The notes below the pieces were generated by a model that saw only the letters and a list, made by a program, of their open reading frames with translations, made no database searches and was not told the origin of the DNA. Both the position numbers and the translations under genes were made by a program. This document shows, piece by piece, positions 9,349 through 19,222 of a DNA stretch of 64,000 bases (position 1 is its first letter; each line of letters opens with the position of its first letter). The stretch is from Glycocaulis sp. (GTDB lineage: Bacteria; Pseudomonadota; Alphaproteobacteria; Caulobacterales; Maricaulaceae): contig NZ_JBJHBQ010000009.1 of NCBI RefSeq assembly GCF_050485565.1, forward strand, positions 60,880-124,879, written 5' to 3'.

Positions 9349-10017
9349 CTAGTCGAACAGCGAGTCGATGGCGTCCTGGTCGAGCGCGATCATCTCGTCA
9401 ACCGCGTCCTGCGCGACCTCGGGGCCGCCAATGGCCGGGCCATTGAGGTGGAGTTTCTTCTTGCGCTCGGCCTCGGCGATTTCGTCCTCGTCGGCCTCGG
9501 CATCGTGCACGCCCATGGTGGCGGCAAAGCGGCTGACGCGCTTCTCCACATGACGCAGGGATTCCACCACTTTGGAGACACGCTGGCCGGACAGATCCTG
9601 GAACGAGCACGCTTCGATAATGCGCATCATCGCCTCATCGACCTGGGCCTTGTAGGCAGCGATGTCATCAGGCTTCTCGCCAAGCAGGGTCTCGGCTTCC
9701 TGCATGATGGTCTCGGTCGCCCGCTCGGTGTCGGTGACAACGGCTTCCAGTTCCGCGCCTGCGGTCGGAATGCGCTGTTCCTTGATATCGTTCGGGCGCA
9801 GCTTGGAAATCTCGGTGCGGGTCCGGGCGATATAGTCGGCGATATAGACAAATTCCTTGTGGATCGATTGATCCAGCGATCCAAAGAAGAGCTGCATGGT
9901 GTCGGTCAGCTGCTGCGCAAGCGACAGCACTTCCATCACCTGACCGTCTTTCAGGTCCTTGGTCTTCAAACTGGCGAGCGACTCGCGCACGCGCGCGGCA
10001 ACTTCAGCGGCGGGCAT
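9349..10017 (-). CDS. cheZ: CheZ-type CheY-P phosphatase
   Basis: ACSFQDLSGQRVSKV resembles the CheZ catalytic D..Q motif (QDFQDLTGQ). The acidic C-terminal peptide DQDAIDSLFD resembles the CheY-binding tail. Confidence 0.8.
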   Translation of the reverse strand: MPAAEVAARVRESLASLKTKDLKDGQVMEVLSLAQQLTDTMQLFFGSLDQSIHKEFVYIADYIARTRTEISKLRPNDIKEQRIPTAGAELEAVVTDTERATETIMQEAETLLGEKPDDIAAYKAQVDEAMMRIIEACSFQDLSGQRVSKVVESLRHVEKRVSRFAATMGVHDAEADEDEIAEAERKKKLHLNGPAIGGPEVAQDAVDEMIALDQDAIDSLFD

Positions 10018-10066
10018 AGCATCCCTCCTTCATAAAAAGCAGCAATATTCCGGTCGTCAGAGCGGG

Positions 10067-10453
10067 CTAGAAATCGCCGATAACGGCGACCATCTTCGCT
10101 TTCAGCGTGCCGGCATTGAACGGCTTGACGATGTAGTTGTTCACGCCAGCCTTTTTCGCCGCGATCACGTTTTCCGTCTTGGACTCAGCCGTGACCATGA
10201 TGAACGGGACACTTTTGGTCGCGTCATCGGCCCGTACGCGCTGCAGCAGCTCGTAGCCGGTCATCGGTTCCATGTTCCAGTCGGAAATCACGAGACCGTA
10301 TTTCTGCTTTTTCATCTTCTCGAAGGCTTCTGTGCCATCCGAGGCTTCATCGACGTTCTCAAACCCGATCTGGGTGAGAAGATTCCGGATAATCCGGATC
10401 ATCGTCTTGTAATCATCTACCACCAGAATCGGCATCGACATTTCGACAGCCAT
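10067..10453 (-). CDS. cheY: chemotaxis response regulator CheY (single receiver domain)
   Basis: ILVVDDYKTMIRI...GLVISDWNMEPMTGYELL...FIMVTAES...NNYIVKPF are canonical CheY residues. Confidence 0.92.
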   Translation of the reverse strand: MAVEMSMPILVVDDYKTMIRIIRNLLTQIGFENVDEASDGTEAFEKMKKQKYGLVISDWNMEPMTGYELLQRVRADDATKSVPFIMVTAESKTENVIAAKKAGVNNYIVKPFNAGTLKAKMVAVIGDF

Positions 10454-10598
10454 ACCCGCACCTCCATCCAGACCTTGTTTGTCATCCCAGTTTCCGGCAG
10501 GACAGGGCGGTTTTCCCCGCTCTTTTCTCCTCCCGATGTGGCAAAGCTAGACAAGTGCAGTCAAAATTCGGTTAAACACCCGGCAGAAAAGCGCGAAA

Positions 10599-11045
10599 AT
10601 GCGGATGGACCTTATGCAGGGCTTTGGAATCAACGAGTTGGAAGTCGGCCAGACGGCCTTCATCACACGTATGGTGGACGATGAGGCGGTGCGCCGCTTC
10701 GCCGAGGTGTCGGGTGACTTCAATCCTTTGCACCTTGATGAGGCGTACGCGGCGCGCACACCTTTTCGCGGGCGCATCGCCCATGGCGCGCTGATCGCCT
10801 CCTATATCTCGTGCGTGCTGGGCAATCATCTGCCCGGTCCCGGCGCGGTGTTTGCCGGCATGACGATGCGCTTTGAACGCCCGGTGCGCCTTGGCGACAC
10901 CGTGATTGCCCGCGCGACCGTGACCAGCATCGATATCAAGCAGCGCCGCGTCATGCTCGACTGTACCTGCGAGGTCGAAGGCGAGCTGTGCATGAAGGCC
11001 GAAGCCGAGGTGATGGTCCGCAAGCGCCGGGCCGCATCCGAATGA
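10599..11045 (+). CDS. MaoC-like (R)-specific enoyl-CoA hydratase
   Basis: Hot-dog fold motif SGDFNPLHLDEAYAARTPFRGRIAHGAL. Confidence 0.85.
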   Translation: MRMDLMQGFGINELEVGQTAFITRMVDDEAVRRFAEVSGDFNPLHLDEAYAARTPFRGRIAHGALIASYISCVLGNHLPGPGAVFAGMTMRFERPVRLGDTVIARATVTSIDIKQRRVMLDCTCEVEGELCMKAEAEVMVRKRRAASE

Positions 11046-11953
11046 GCGGCGTTGCCGCTCTGGGTAATTTCGACGGTGTACACGCAGGACATCGTGCGGT
11101 GCTGGATGTTGCCCGCAATCTTGCGAACCGTATCGGCTCGGTGCCTGTCGCGGCTGTTTTCAGCCCGCATCCGCGCCGCCTGTTCCGCGCCGACGAGCCG
11201 CCTTTCCGCCTGATGAACGACGCCCAGCGCGAACGCGCGCTGCTGGCGGCCGGTGCACAGCGCGTGGACACGATCCGTTTTGATGCGGCGCTGGCCGCGA
11301 TGACGCCAGAGGCTTTCGTGCGCGATGTGCTGGTGGGGCAGCTGGCGCTGGACGGCGTTGTGACGGGGGCTGATTTCTGCTTCGGCAAGGGCAGGGCGGG
11401 CAATGCCGATACGCTTAAAGCCCTCGGTGCGCAGTATGGTCTTGCCGTCGATATCGCGCCGACGCTGATTGCCGATGATCTCAAAGAGCGGGGCAAGTTT
11501 TCCTCCAGCGCGGTGCGCAATGCCCTGCGTGAAGGGGATGCGGAGGCGGCCGCCAGCCTGCTGGGCCGTCCCTGGGCCATTGAAGGCGAGGTGGCCCATG
11601 GCGATAAGCGCGGGCGCACGCTGGGTTTTCCCACGGCCAATATCGCCCTTGGCGACTATCTGCGCCCGAAAGCGGGCGTCTATGCAGTGCGGGCAAAGCT
11701 GCCGGGCCGGGCAGAACCGGTGGGCGGGGTGGCCAATATCGGCAGGCGTCCGACCGTGGAGGGGACAGAAGAACGTCTCGAGGTCTTCTTCTTCGACTTT
11801 TCCGGTGATCTTTATGGCAAGACGCTGGAGGTGGAGCTGATTGGCTTTATCCGCGAGGAGCGCCGCTTTGACGGGCTGGACGCGCTGAAAAACCAGATCG
11901 CAGCTGACAGCGATGAGGCGCGCGCGCTTCTGGACCGCCAGCGCGGGGCCTGA
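11042..11953 (+). CDS. ribF: bifunctional riboflavin kinase / FMN adenylyltransferase
   Basis: GNFDGVHAGHRAVL, the SSSAVRNALREGD region and the C-terminal kinase part (GFPTANI...GVYAV...ANIGRRPT). ATGA overlap with the upstream stop. Confidence 0.93.
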   Translation: MSGVAALGNFDGVHAGHRAVLDVARNLANRIGSVPVAAVFSPHPRRLFRADEPPFRLMNDAQRERALLAAGAQRVDTIRFDAALAAMTPEAFVRDVLVGQLALDGVVTGADFCFGKGRAGNADTLKALGAQYGLAVDIAPTLIADDLKERGKFSSSAVRNALREGDAEAAASLLGRPWAIEGEVAHGDKRGRTLGFPTANIALGDYLRPKAGVYAVRAKLPGRAEPVGGVANIGRRPTVEGTEERLEVFFFDFSGDLYGKTLEVELIGFIREERRFDGLDALKNQIAADSDEARALLDRQRGA

Positions 11954-12122
11954 TAGACCGGCAGCCATGAGCACACAGCGCTTTCATATCATCGCGCGTA
12001 TCCCGCGAATTACCGGCCCGGCCCGCGCCTGATCCCGTTCTCCAACGGGCCGCGCGTCAGCCGGGGTTTTTCCAAGTCACGATGATCTGAAACGACCGAT
12101 ATCAGAAACGGGATACGCCGCC

Positions 12123-15080
12123 ATGAGCGACGCGACTGCCACCGACACCCGCGACTACAAAGACACGCTTTTCCTGCCCGCGACCGATTTTCCGATGCGT
12201 GCGGGCCTGCCCCAGAGCGAGCCGAAATGGCTGGAACGCTGGGAGGCGGCAAAGCTTTACGAACAGATGCGCGAAACGGCCAAAGGCCGGGAGCTGTTCG
12301 TGCTCCATGACGGCCCGCCTTACGCCAACGGGCATATCCACCTTGGGACCGGCATGAACAAGATCCTGAAGGATTTTGTCGTGCGCACACGGCGCATGGC
12401 CGGGTTCGATGCGCCCTACCGTCCGGGCTGGGACTGCCACGGCCTGCCCATCGAATGGAAGGTGGAACAGAATTTCCGCGCCAAGGGCAAGAAGAAGGAC
12501 GATGTGCCGGTTGCCGAATTCCGCAAGGCATGCCGCGACTATGCTGCCGAGTGGATCGATGTGCAGCGCGCCGAGTTCAAGCGCATGGGCGTGGCCGGTG
12601 AGTGGGACGATCCCTACACCACCATGGCGTTCGATGCCGAAGCGGCGATTGTCTCGGAGTTTCTGAAGTTCGTCGACAAGGGCCTGGTCTATCGCGGTTC
12701 ATCGCCGGTGATGTGGTCGCCGGTAGAGCAGACGGCTCTGGCCGAAGCCGAGGTGGAGTATCACGACAAGGTTTCCACCACGATCTGGGTGAAATTCCCG
12801 GTGCGCGGCGTGAAAATGGATGGTTCGGGCATTGCTCCGGGGATGGCAGGCGCGAGCGTGGTCATCTGGACGACGACGCCGTGGACGATCCCGGCCAACC
12901 GGGCGATCTGCTACTCGAAGAAAATTTCCTACGGTCTCTATGAGGTCGAGGGCGCGGATACTGGCGCTGACTTCCTCCCCTGGGCGCGCCCCGGCGACAA
13001 GCTGATCGTGGCCGACGCGCTGTGGGAAGACGTCGCCAAAGCGGGTTTCATCGTAAAGGCCAAGCGTCTGGGCGACGCCGATGTGGAAGGGCTGATCTGC
13101 TCCCACCCGTTTGCCAAGACCGACAAGTACTGGGATTACCGCGTGCCGCTGCTCGATGGCGATCACGTCACCGACGAGCAGGGTACGGGCTTTGTCCACA
13201 CCGCGCCGGGCCATGGCGCGGAAGACTATGTCGCCTGGATGGCCAACAAGGTCTGGCATGATCCCAAGGAGCCGATCCCGCACACTGTCGGGCCTGACGG
13301 GGCCTATCTGCCCCACATCCCGCTGTTTGCGGGCATGGAGATCGTGCGCACGGACGGCAAGAAGGCCGGTCAGGAAGGCCCGGCCAACAAGGCTGTGGTC
13401 GATACGCTGATCGAGGCGGGCAATCTTCTGGCGCGCGGGCGGCTGGAGCACTCCTATCCGCACTCATGGCGGTCGAAGGCTCCGGTCATCTTCCGCAACA
13501 CCAATCAGTGGTTCATCGCCATCGACAAGGATATGGGCGATGGCACGACGCTGCGTCAGCGCGCCCTGGAGGCCATCGACGCCACCGAATGGACGCCCAA
13601 AACCGCGCGTAACCGCATCCATGCCATGGTGTCGGACCGGCCGGACTGGCTGATCTCGCGCCAGCGCGCCTGGGGCGTGCCGTTGACCATCTTCGTCAAC
13701 AAGGCGACGGGCGAAATCCTCAATGACGCAGGCGTCAATGCCCGCATCGTGAAAGCGGTGGAAGCCTCTGGCGCGGATGCGTGGTTCGAGGCCGACGCGC
13801 AAGACCTGCTGGGCGATCAATACGACGCGGCAGACTACGAGCAGGTCACCGATATTCTCGATGTCTGGTTTGATTCCGGCTCCACCCATGCCTTTGCCCT
13901 GCGTGAGGGCGAGTGGCCGGCAGACGTGTATCTGGAAGGCTCCGACCAGCATCGCGGCTGGTTCCAGTCCTCGCTGCTGGAGGCTTGTGGCACGCGCGGG
14001 CGCGCGCCCTATAAGGCCGTCGTGACCCACGGCTTCATCGTCGACGAGAAGGGCATGAAGATGTCCAAATCGCTCGGCAATGTGCTCGCGCCGAACGCGC
14101 TGGCCGAGCAGTATGGCGCGGACATATTCCGCCTGTGGGTGGCAAGTGTCGATTACAATTCCGACCCTGCCTTTGGCGAACGCATCCTGCAATCGGCGGT
14201 CGACGCTTATCGCAAGCTTCGTAACACGCTGCGCTATCTGCTCGGTGCGCTCGATGGCTTAAGCGATGCCGAGCGCGTTGAGCCTGCAGACATGCCTGCG
14301 CTGGAGCGCTTCATGCTGCATCGCATGGCAGAGCTCGATACGAGTGTGAAGGCGGCCTATGCGGCCTATGATTTCAAGCGGGCCTGGTCGGCGCTGTTCA
14401 ATTTCTGCGTCAATGATCTCTCCGCCTTCTATCTCGATATCCGTAAAGACAGCCTCTATTGCGACCGTCCCGACGCGCTCCGCCGCCGGGCCGCGCGCAC
14501 CGTGATGGCCGAATTGCTGGACCGCCTCGCCCTGTGGATGGCGCCGCTGCTTCCCTTCACGATGGAGGAGGTGTGGGCCTCGGGCTATGGCGCAGACGCG
14601 CCTTCCGTCCATCTGGAGACGTTCAGGGACGTGCCAGCGGACTGGCTGGACGAAACGCGCGCCGAACGCTGGCGCACGATCCGCCGTCTGCGCCGGGGCG
14701 TGACCGCCGCGCTGGAAATCATGCGCCGCGACAAGGTGATCGGCTCCAGCCTTGAGGCTGCGCCGGAGGTCTATGTCACCGATCCGGCCTACCGTGCCGC
14801 GCTGGACGCCGAAGCGCCCGGCGGCGTGGACGATTTTCTAGCCGAGCTGTGCATTACCAGCCAGGCCCATCTGAAAGACGGGGAGGGGCCTGCAGACGCC
14901 TTCCGTACCGAAGACGCGCCGGGCGTCGCCGTGGTCTTCAAACCTGCCGAGGGCAAGAAATGCGCCCGCTCATGGCGGATCACCACCGATGTCGGCTCCG
15001 ATGCGCGCTATCCCGATCTGTCGGCGCGTGATGCGGACGCCGTGGCCTGGTATGATGCGCGCAAGGGCAATGCCGCATGA
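12123..15080 (+). CDS. ileS: isoleucine--tRNA ligase
   Basis: 985 aa with [12 protein letters not shown] (HIGH) and KMSKSLGN (KMSKS) motifs. Confidence 0.97.
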   Translation: MSDATATDTRDYKDTLFLPATDFPMRAGLPQSEPKWLERWEAAKLYEQMRETAKGRELFVLHDGPPYANGHIHLGTGMNKILKDFVVRTRRMAGFDAPYRPGWDCHGLPIEWKVEQNFRAKGKKKDDVPVAEFRKACRDYAAEWIDVQRAEFKRMGVAGEWDDPYTTMAFDAEAAIVSEFLKFVDKGLVYRGSSPVMWSPVEQTALAEAEVEYHDKVSTTIWVKFPVRGVKMDGSGIAPGMAGASVVIWTTTPWTIPANRAICYSKKISYGLYEVEGADTGADFLPWARPGDKLIVADALWEDVAKAGFIVKAKRLGDADVEGLICSHPFAKTDKYWDYRVPLLDGDHVTDEQGTGFVHTAPGHGAEDYVAWMANKVWHDPKEPIPHTVGPDGAYLPHIPLFAGMEIVRTDGKKAGQEGPANKAVVDTLIEAGNLLARGRLEHSYPHSWRSKAPVIFRNTNQWFIAIDKDMGDGTTLRQRALEAIDATEWTPKTARNRIHAMVSDRPDWLISRQRAWGVPLTIFVNKATGEILNDAGVNARIVKAVEASGADAWFEADAQDLLGDQYDAADYEQVTDILDVWFDSGSTHAFALREGEWPADVYLEGSDQHRGWFQSSLLEACGTRGRAPYKAVVTHGFIVDEKGMKMSKSLGNVLAPNALAEQYGADIFRLWVASVDYNSDPAFGERILQSAVDAYRKLRNTLRYLLGALDGLSDAERVEPADMPALERFMLHRMAELDTSVKAAYAAYDFKRAWSALFNFCVNDLSAFYLDIRKDSLYCDRPDALRRRAARTVMAELLDRLALWMAPLLPFTMEEVWASGYGADAPSVHLETFRDVPADWLDETRAERWRTIRRLRRGVTAALEIMRRDKVIGSSLEAAPEVYVTDPAYRAALDAEAPGGVDDFLAELCITSQAHLKDGEGPADAFRTEDAPGVAVVFKPAEGKKCARSWRITTDVGSDARYPDLSARDADAVAWYDARKGNAA

Positions 15081-15622
15081 GTGCGCTCGCCCGCTATATC
15101 CCGTCCGCGCGGCTCGCCGCGATAGGCGCAGGGCTTGCCGTGCTTGTGATCGTGCTCGATCAGGCGTCCAAGCTATGGGTGCTGCACGGGCTGGGCTTCA
15201 TGGAAAGCGGCGCAGGCACGCGGATCGAGGTGCTGCCTCCCTGGTTCAATCTGACCATGGTGTGGAACCGGGGCGTGAGCTTTGGCCTCTTTGCTGCCGA
15301 CAGCCTGTGGGTACGCATTGTGCTGATTGTGTTCTCACTGGCTGTTGCTGGCGTGATCGCCTTCTGGATGACACGGGCAGAGCGCAAGCTGCAGGCGCTG
15401 GCCTTTGGCCTCATCATTGGCGGAGCCGTTGGAAACGTGATTGACCGCGTCGCCTATGGCGCGGTGGCGGACTTTCTGGACTTTTCCGGCCTGTGGTTTC
15501 CTTACGTCTTCAACGTGGCCGATGCGGCCATTTCGGTGGGCGTGGCCGCGCTGGTTCTGGATGTCTTCGTAAACGGTAGCGAACGCAAACCGGTGCCGCC
15601 CGTAGACGGAATGTCAGATTAA
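15077..15622 (+). CDS. lspA: lipoprotein signal peptidase II
   Basis: ATGA overlap with ileS. Four-TM protein with NRGVSFGL and GNVIDR...VADFLDF motifs. Confidence 0.92.
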   Translation: MSALARYIPSARLAAIGAGLAVLVIVLDQASKLWVLHGLGFMESGAGTRIEVLPPWFNLTMVWNRGVSFGLFAADSLWVRIVLIVFSLAVAGVIAFWMTRAERKLQALAFGLIIGGAVGNVIDRVAYGAVADFLDFSGLWFPYVFNVADAAISVGVAALVLDVFVNGSERKPVPPVDGMSD

Positions 15623-15716
15623 ACTATCCTCATCCCTGCCGCTAAGGGTGGCGTTCCCCGCCAAGCCTCTGTTAGAAGTAGGCAAGAGTTTTCCAGTTTC
15701 AGGAGCGTCTTGATCC

Positions 15717-16256
15717 ATGCGCGTCCAAAATATTCTTGCTGTGGCTGCGATGGCCCTTGTCGGCGCGAGCGCCTGCACGTCTGGCGTCCGTCAGGCTCTG
15801 GGTACGGAGCGCACCGCGCCGGACGAGTTCCGCGTCGTGACCATCGCGCCGCTGACCGTGCCGCCGGAATACTCCCTGCGCCCGCCGGCCCCCGGCCAGC
15901 TGCGCCCGGAAGACATCTTCCCGGACCAGCAGGCGCGCCGCGCCCTGTTTGGTGATTTCTCCTCAGAGAATGCCAGCCGCGGCGAGATCCTTCTGGCAGC
16001 CCGCGCCGGCGGTGCAGATGCCAACCCGAATGTGCGCGCGCTCATCGATGGCGAGACGGCGGCTGTCGTCCGCAAGAATGAAGGCTTCGCTGACCGGCTG
16101 ATTTTCTGGCGCTCGGAAACCTCTGTGCCCGGTGCCGACCGTGCAACGCCCATTGATGTGGACGAAGAGCGCCGCCGTATTGCGGAAGTGACCGGCGGCG
16201 GTGATGTCACCATCGTGCGTCCGCGCCGTTCGGGCCGGAAACTGCCGGGGCTTTAG
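15717..16256 (+). CDS. DUF3035-like lipoprotein
   Basis: Lipobox VGASAC. APDEFRVVTIAPLTVPPEYSLRPP is the pattern I associate with DUF3035 proteins found downstream of lspA in alphaproteobacteria. Confidence 0.7.
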   Translation: MRVQNILAVAAMALVGASACTSGVRQALGTERTAPDEFRVVTIAPLTVPPEYSLRPPAPGQLRPEDIFPDQQARRALFGDFSSENASRGEILLAARAGGADANPNVRALIDGETAAVVRKNEGFADRLIFWRSETSVPGADRATPIDVDEERRRIAEVTGGGDVTIVRPRRSGRKLPGL

Positions 16257-16283
16257 GTTTCACGTCTGCCAGCCAGTGAATTG

Positions 16284-16314
16284 AAAACCCCGGATGGCAA
16301 CATCCGGGGTTTTT
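16284..16314. terminator. Rho-independent terminator (module duplicated at 22392..22426)
   Basis: AAAA, CCCCGGATG (16288-16296), gcaa, CATCCGGGG (16301-16309), TTTTT. Confidence 0.88.
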
Positions 16315-16330
16315 GTTGCCTCTTGCCGGT

Positions 16331-16449
16331 TTCCTCCCCCGCCTGTGGGGGAGGTGTCAGCGCAGCTGACGGAGGGGGGAAACCTTTCTTTTCAAGATCT
16401 CCCCCCTCGGTCCTTCGGACCACTCCCCCCGTAAACGGGGGGAGAAACC
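16331..16449. repeat. Family-2 composite hairpin element, copy A
   Basis: Four consecutive hairpins: CTCCCCCgcctgtGGGGGAG, GTCAGCgcaGCTGAC, TCGGTCCttcgGACCAC and CTCCCCCCgtaaacGGGGGGAG. This is the reverse complement of the element at 40994..41100. Confidence 0.85.
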
Positions 16450-16458
16450 AGGCGGGCC

Positions 16459-16896
16459 CTACCCCGTCTCGTCCGTATTCAACCGGCCCAGCAGGTCGTG
16501 CAACCGGCCGGCATCATCCTCGCCGAGCCGCTCGGCCAGTTCGGCATTTATCTCGCGCAGAGCCTGATCGGCCTTGATGGCAAGCTCGCGCCCAGCCTCG
16601 GTCAGGGTGACGATGGCACCCCTCTTGTCGCTGCTGTCCTGGCTGCGCGTGACAAGACCGGCCGCCTCCATGCGCGTGACAAGGCCGGTAACGGCAGGCG
16701 CGCCCAGCGCCAGCGTCTCGGAGATCGCGCCCATGCGCCGTTCACCGCGCCGCATCAGTAGAAAGAGCACGGCAGACTGCGCCGCCGTTACGCCCGCCTC
16801 ACTGCGCAGACGGGCGTCCGCCTGCCGGTGCAGCCGCCGGGCGGTGATTTCCAATAGCAGGTATAGCCGCCGGTCGACGGCGCGAGCGCGTGCCAT
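16459..16896 (-). CDS. MarR family transcriptional regulator
   Basis: Winged-helix pattern GVTAAQSAVLFLL...ISETLALGAPAVTGLVTRMEAAGLVTRSQDSSDKR. Confidence 0.88.
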   Translation of the reverse strand: MARARAVDRRLYLLLEITARRLHRQADARLRSEAGVTAAQSAVLFLLMRRGERRMGAISETLALGAPAVTGLVTRMEAAGLVTRSQDSSDKRGAIVTLTEAGRELAIKADQALREINAELAERLGEDDAGRLHDLLGRLNTDETG

Positions 16897-16934
16897 AGCC
16901 CTTGATGGCTTGATTCAAGCGCGTCTGGAAAGAA

Positions 16935-17582
16935 CTATCCGGTAAATCGCCAGACGCGTGCGAGGCGCACGTCGCGGTCTTCGAGGTCCCGGCTGACCGG
17001 CGTGTCATACCGCGCCAGCGGCTCCAGCTTTTCCTTCGGCAGGAAATGACGCCCCGGATCGCCGATCAGCACCACGCAGCCGCGCTGGTGCAGCGTCTGC
17101 AGCCAGTCTGCGATGCGCTGTGCGCCCGCTCCCTCATAGAACACATCCCCGGCCAGCACGACATCCCAACCCTTGTCGGTGCCGACCAGATCAGCTTTCT
17201 CCGCCTGAATCGTCACGCCGTTCAGTGCGGCGTTGGCCAGAATCGCCTCTACCGCAAACGCGTCGATCTCGCTGGCATCCACGCGTGTGGCACCGGCCCT
17301 GGCTGCGCCAATGCCCGCAATGCCGCAGCCGCTGGCAAAATCCAGCACGTGGCGGCCCGCCACGAGGGCGGGATTGTCCATCAGATAGCGCGCCAGCGCC
17401 TGTCCGCCCGCCCAGGCAAACGCCCAGAAGGGCGGCGGCAGACCCGCTTCACCCAGCGCTTCTTCGGTCTGCTGCCAGATGGCTATGGTCTCATCGGCCA
17501 GATGAAAGCGCAGCTCCGGCGTCAGCGGCGCGGAGGCGATGCGTGTGTGGGCGGCGATGAAGGATTGCGGATCGGCTATCAT
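16935..17582 (-). CDS. class I SAM-dependent methyltransferase (protein-lysine / COG3897-like)
   Basis: Motif I VLDFASGCGIAGIGAA, followed by DVVLAGDVFY. Confidence 0.7.
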   Translation of the reverse strand: MIADPQSFIAAHTRIASAPLTPELRFHLADETIAIWQQTEEALGEAGLPPPFWAFAWAGGQALARYLMDNPALVAGRHVLDFASGCGIAGIGAARAGATRVDASEIDAFAVEAILANAALNGVTIQAEKADLVGTDKGWDVVLAGDVFYEGAGAQRIADWLQTLHQRGCVVLIGDPGRHFLPKEKLEPLARYDTPVSRDLEDRDVRLARVWRFTG

Positions 17583-17621
17583 GCTTGCCGTCTAACCCCG
17601 CGCGAGGCGCTGCGCCAGCAG

Positions 17622-18122
17622 CTATGCGTCTCCGGCAGGGATGAAGCGCAGCGCAATGCCGTTATTGCACCAGCGCTGGCCGGTGGGCTGTGGGCCATCC
17701 TCGAACACATGGCCCTGATGCCCGCCGCAGCGCGCACAGTGATACTCGGTGCGCGGCGTCCAGATACGATAGTCTGGCTTTGTGTTCACCGCCCCGTCCA
17801 GCGGTTGCCAGAAGCTCGGCCAGCCCGTGCCGGATTCGTATTTGGTTTCAGACGAGAAGAGCGGCAGGCCGCACCCGGCGCAGGCGTAAATGCCCTCACG
17901 GGTCTCGTCATTGAGCGGGGAGGAGCCGGGCCGCTCGGTGCCTTCGCGGCGTAGCACGTTGAATTCGGCAGGGGTCAGGCGCTCGCGCCACTGCGCTTCG
18001 GTCAGGTTGGCCCAGTCAATGCCATCCTCGCTGGCGGGCGGTGGGCTGGCAGAGCCGCTATTGGCAGGCCCGCAGGCGGCCAGCGATATGCCGGAGAGAA
18101 GGGCAAGGCGGCGCGTCAGCAT
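17622..18122 (-). CDS. msrB: peptide-methionine (R)-S-oxide reductase MsrB with lipoprotein-type signal peptide
   Basis: Zn CxxC pairs (CAGCGLPLF, CARCGGHQGHVF) and catalytic RWCNNG. N-terminus MLTRRLALLSGISLAACGP carries a lipobox. The alternative start at 18149 adds 9 aa. Confidence 0.88.
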   Translation of the reverse strand: MLTRRLALLSGISLAACGPANSGSASPPPASEDGIDWANLTEAQWRERLTPAEFNVLRREGTERPGSSPLNDETREGIYACAGCGLPLFSSETKYESGTGWPSFWQPLDGAVNTKPDYRIWTPRTEYHCARCGGHQGHVFEDGPQPTGQRWCNNGIALRFIPAGDA

Positions 18123-18188
18123 GGCAGGCTCCCTTACATCACGCTCCACAATGTAGCGTGAGACGGTGGTCCGGCCAGTTGCGCCCCA

Positions 18189-19139
18189 TCACATCGGCGC
18201 GAGTGCGCCCAGCAAGAGCGCGGCCAGCAGGATCAGGCCCGCCTCGCGGTTGGACTTGAAATGGGCAAGGCAGGCCGGGCCATCATCGGGCCGGAAACGC
18301 GAAGCCTGCCAGACCAGATGCACCGCATAGGCGGCAAAGACGGGCGCAAACACCAGCCCGGCACCGGCCTTGATGGCCGCCAGAGCGGTCAGCACCAGCG
18401 ATGCGCCGTATATGGCGCCGACTGCCGGGCCGATAGCGCTGCCGAGCGCGCGGGCGGAGGATTTCACGCCCACAAGCGCATCGTCCTCCATGTCCTGGCA
18501 GGCGTATATCGTGTCATAGCCCAGCGTCCAAAGGGCCGCGGCGGCGTAGAGCAGGCTGGCCGCGATCCAGTCGGTGCCGCCCAGCGCCGCATAGCCCACC
18601 AGCACGCCCCAGTTGAAGGTGAGGCCCAGCCAGACCTGCGGCCACCAGGTAATGCGCTTCATAAACGGATAGGCGGCCACCAGCAGCAATGCCGCCAGAG
18701 CAATACCGATTGCCATGAGTGGCAGGAACAGGAGCACCAGCGCACCCACCGCGCACTGCGCGGCCAGAAATATCAGCGCCTGTCTGACGCTGATCGTGCC
18801 TGCGGCCAGCGGGCGGTCTGCCGTGCGCGCCACTTTCGCGTCGAGATCGCGGTCGGCAATGTCGTTCCAGGTGCAGCCCGCCCCGCGCATCGCAATCGCA
18901 CCGATGGCAAACAGGGCCGCATATCCGGCCATGGTCCAGCTCACGCCCGTCTCGATAGCCGCCAGCGCCAGCCCCTGGAAGCAGGGAATCGCCAGCAGCC
19001 AGAAGCCTATCGGCCGGTCATAGCGGGCAAGACGCAAGTATGGCCGCCAGCTTTCCGGCGCGCGGTCCACAAAGGTGCGCGGGACGGAATCGGCTACGCG
19101 GCGGTCGCGTGCCTTGCTGTGGGGGCGTTTAGCGTTCAT
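18189..19139 (-). CDS. ubiA: 4-hydroxybenzoate polyprenyltransferase
   Basis: NDIADRDLDAKVARTADRPLAAG UbiA motif in a multi-TM protein. Confidence 0.9.
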   Translation of the reverse strand: MNAKRPHSKARDRRVADSVPRTFVDRAPESWRPYLRLARYDRPIGFWLLAIPCFQGLALAAIETGVSWTMAGYAALFAIGAIAMRGAGCTWNDIADRDLDAKVARTADRPLAAGTISVRQALIFLAAQCAVGALVLLFLPLMAIGIALAALLLVAAYPFMKRITWWPQVWLGLTFNWGVLVGYAALGGTDWIAASLLYAAAALWTLGYDTIYACQDMEDDALVGVKSSARALGSAIGPAVGAIYGASLVLTALAAIKAGAGLVFAPVFAAYAVHLVWQASRFRPDDGPACLAHFKSNREAGLILLAALLLGALAPM

Positions 19140-19222
19140 GTCCGACTAGTTATCGTGCCGGATGCCTGCCGCATAGCCCTTGACGCTTGGCGTATGGACG
19201 CACCGGCGCTAGAGGGGAGGTC

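Noticed and set aside
10561-10575. CtrA-box-like site TCAA-N7-TTAA in the cheY/maoC divergent region
   Set aside because: Only a 7/8 match to TTAA-N7-TTAA, as a single occurrence. It cannot be distinguished from chance without a PWM scan or conservation data.
16281-16577. 98-aa ORF over the family-2 repeat (contains PPSVLRTTPPVNGG)
   Set aside because: It is a translation of the G/C-homopolymer hairpins. The same peptide-like strings appear in the inverted copy at about 41 kb in another frame and strand.
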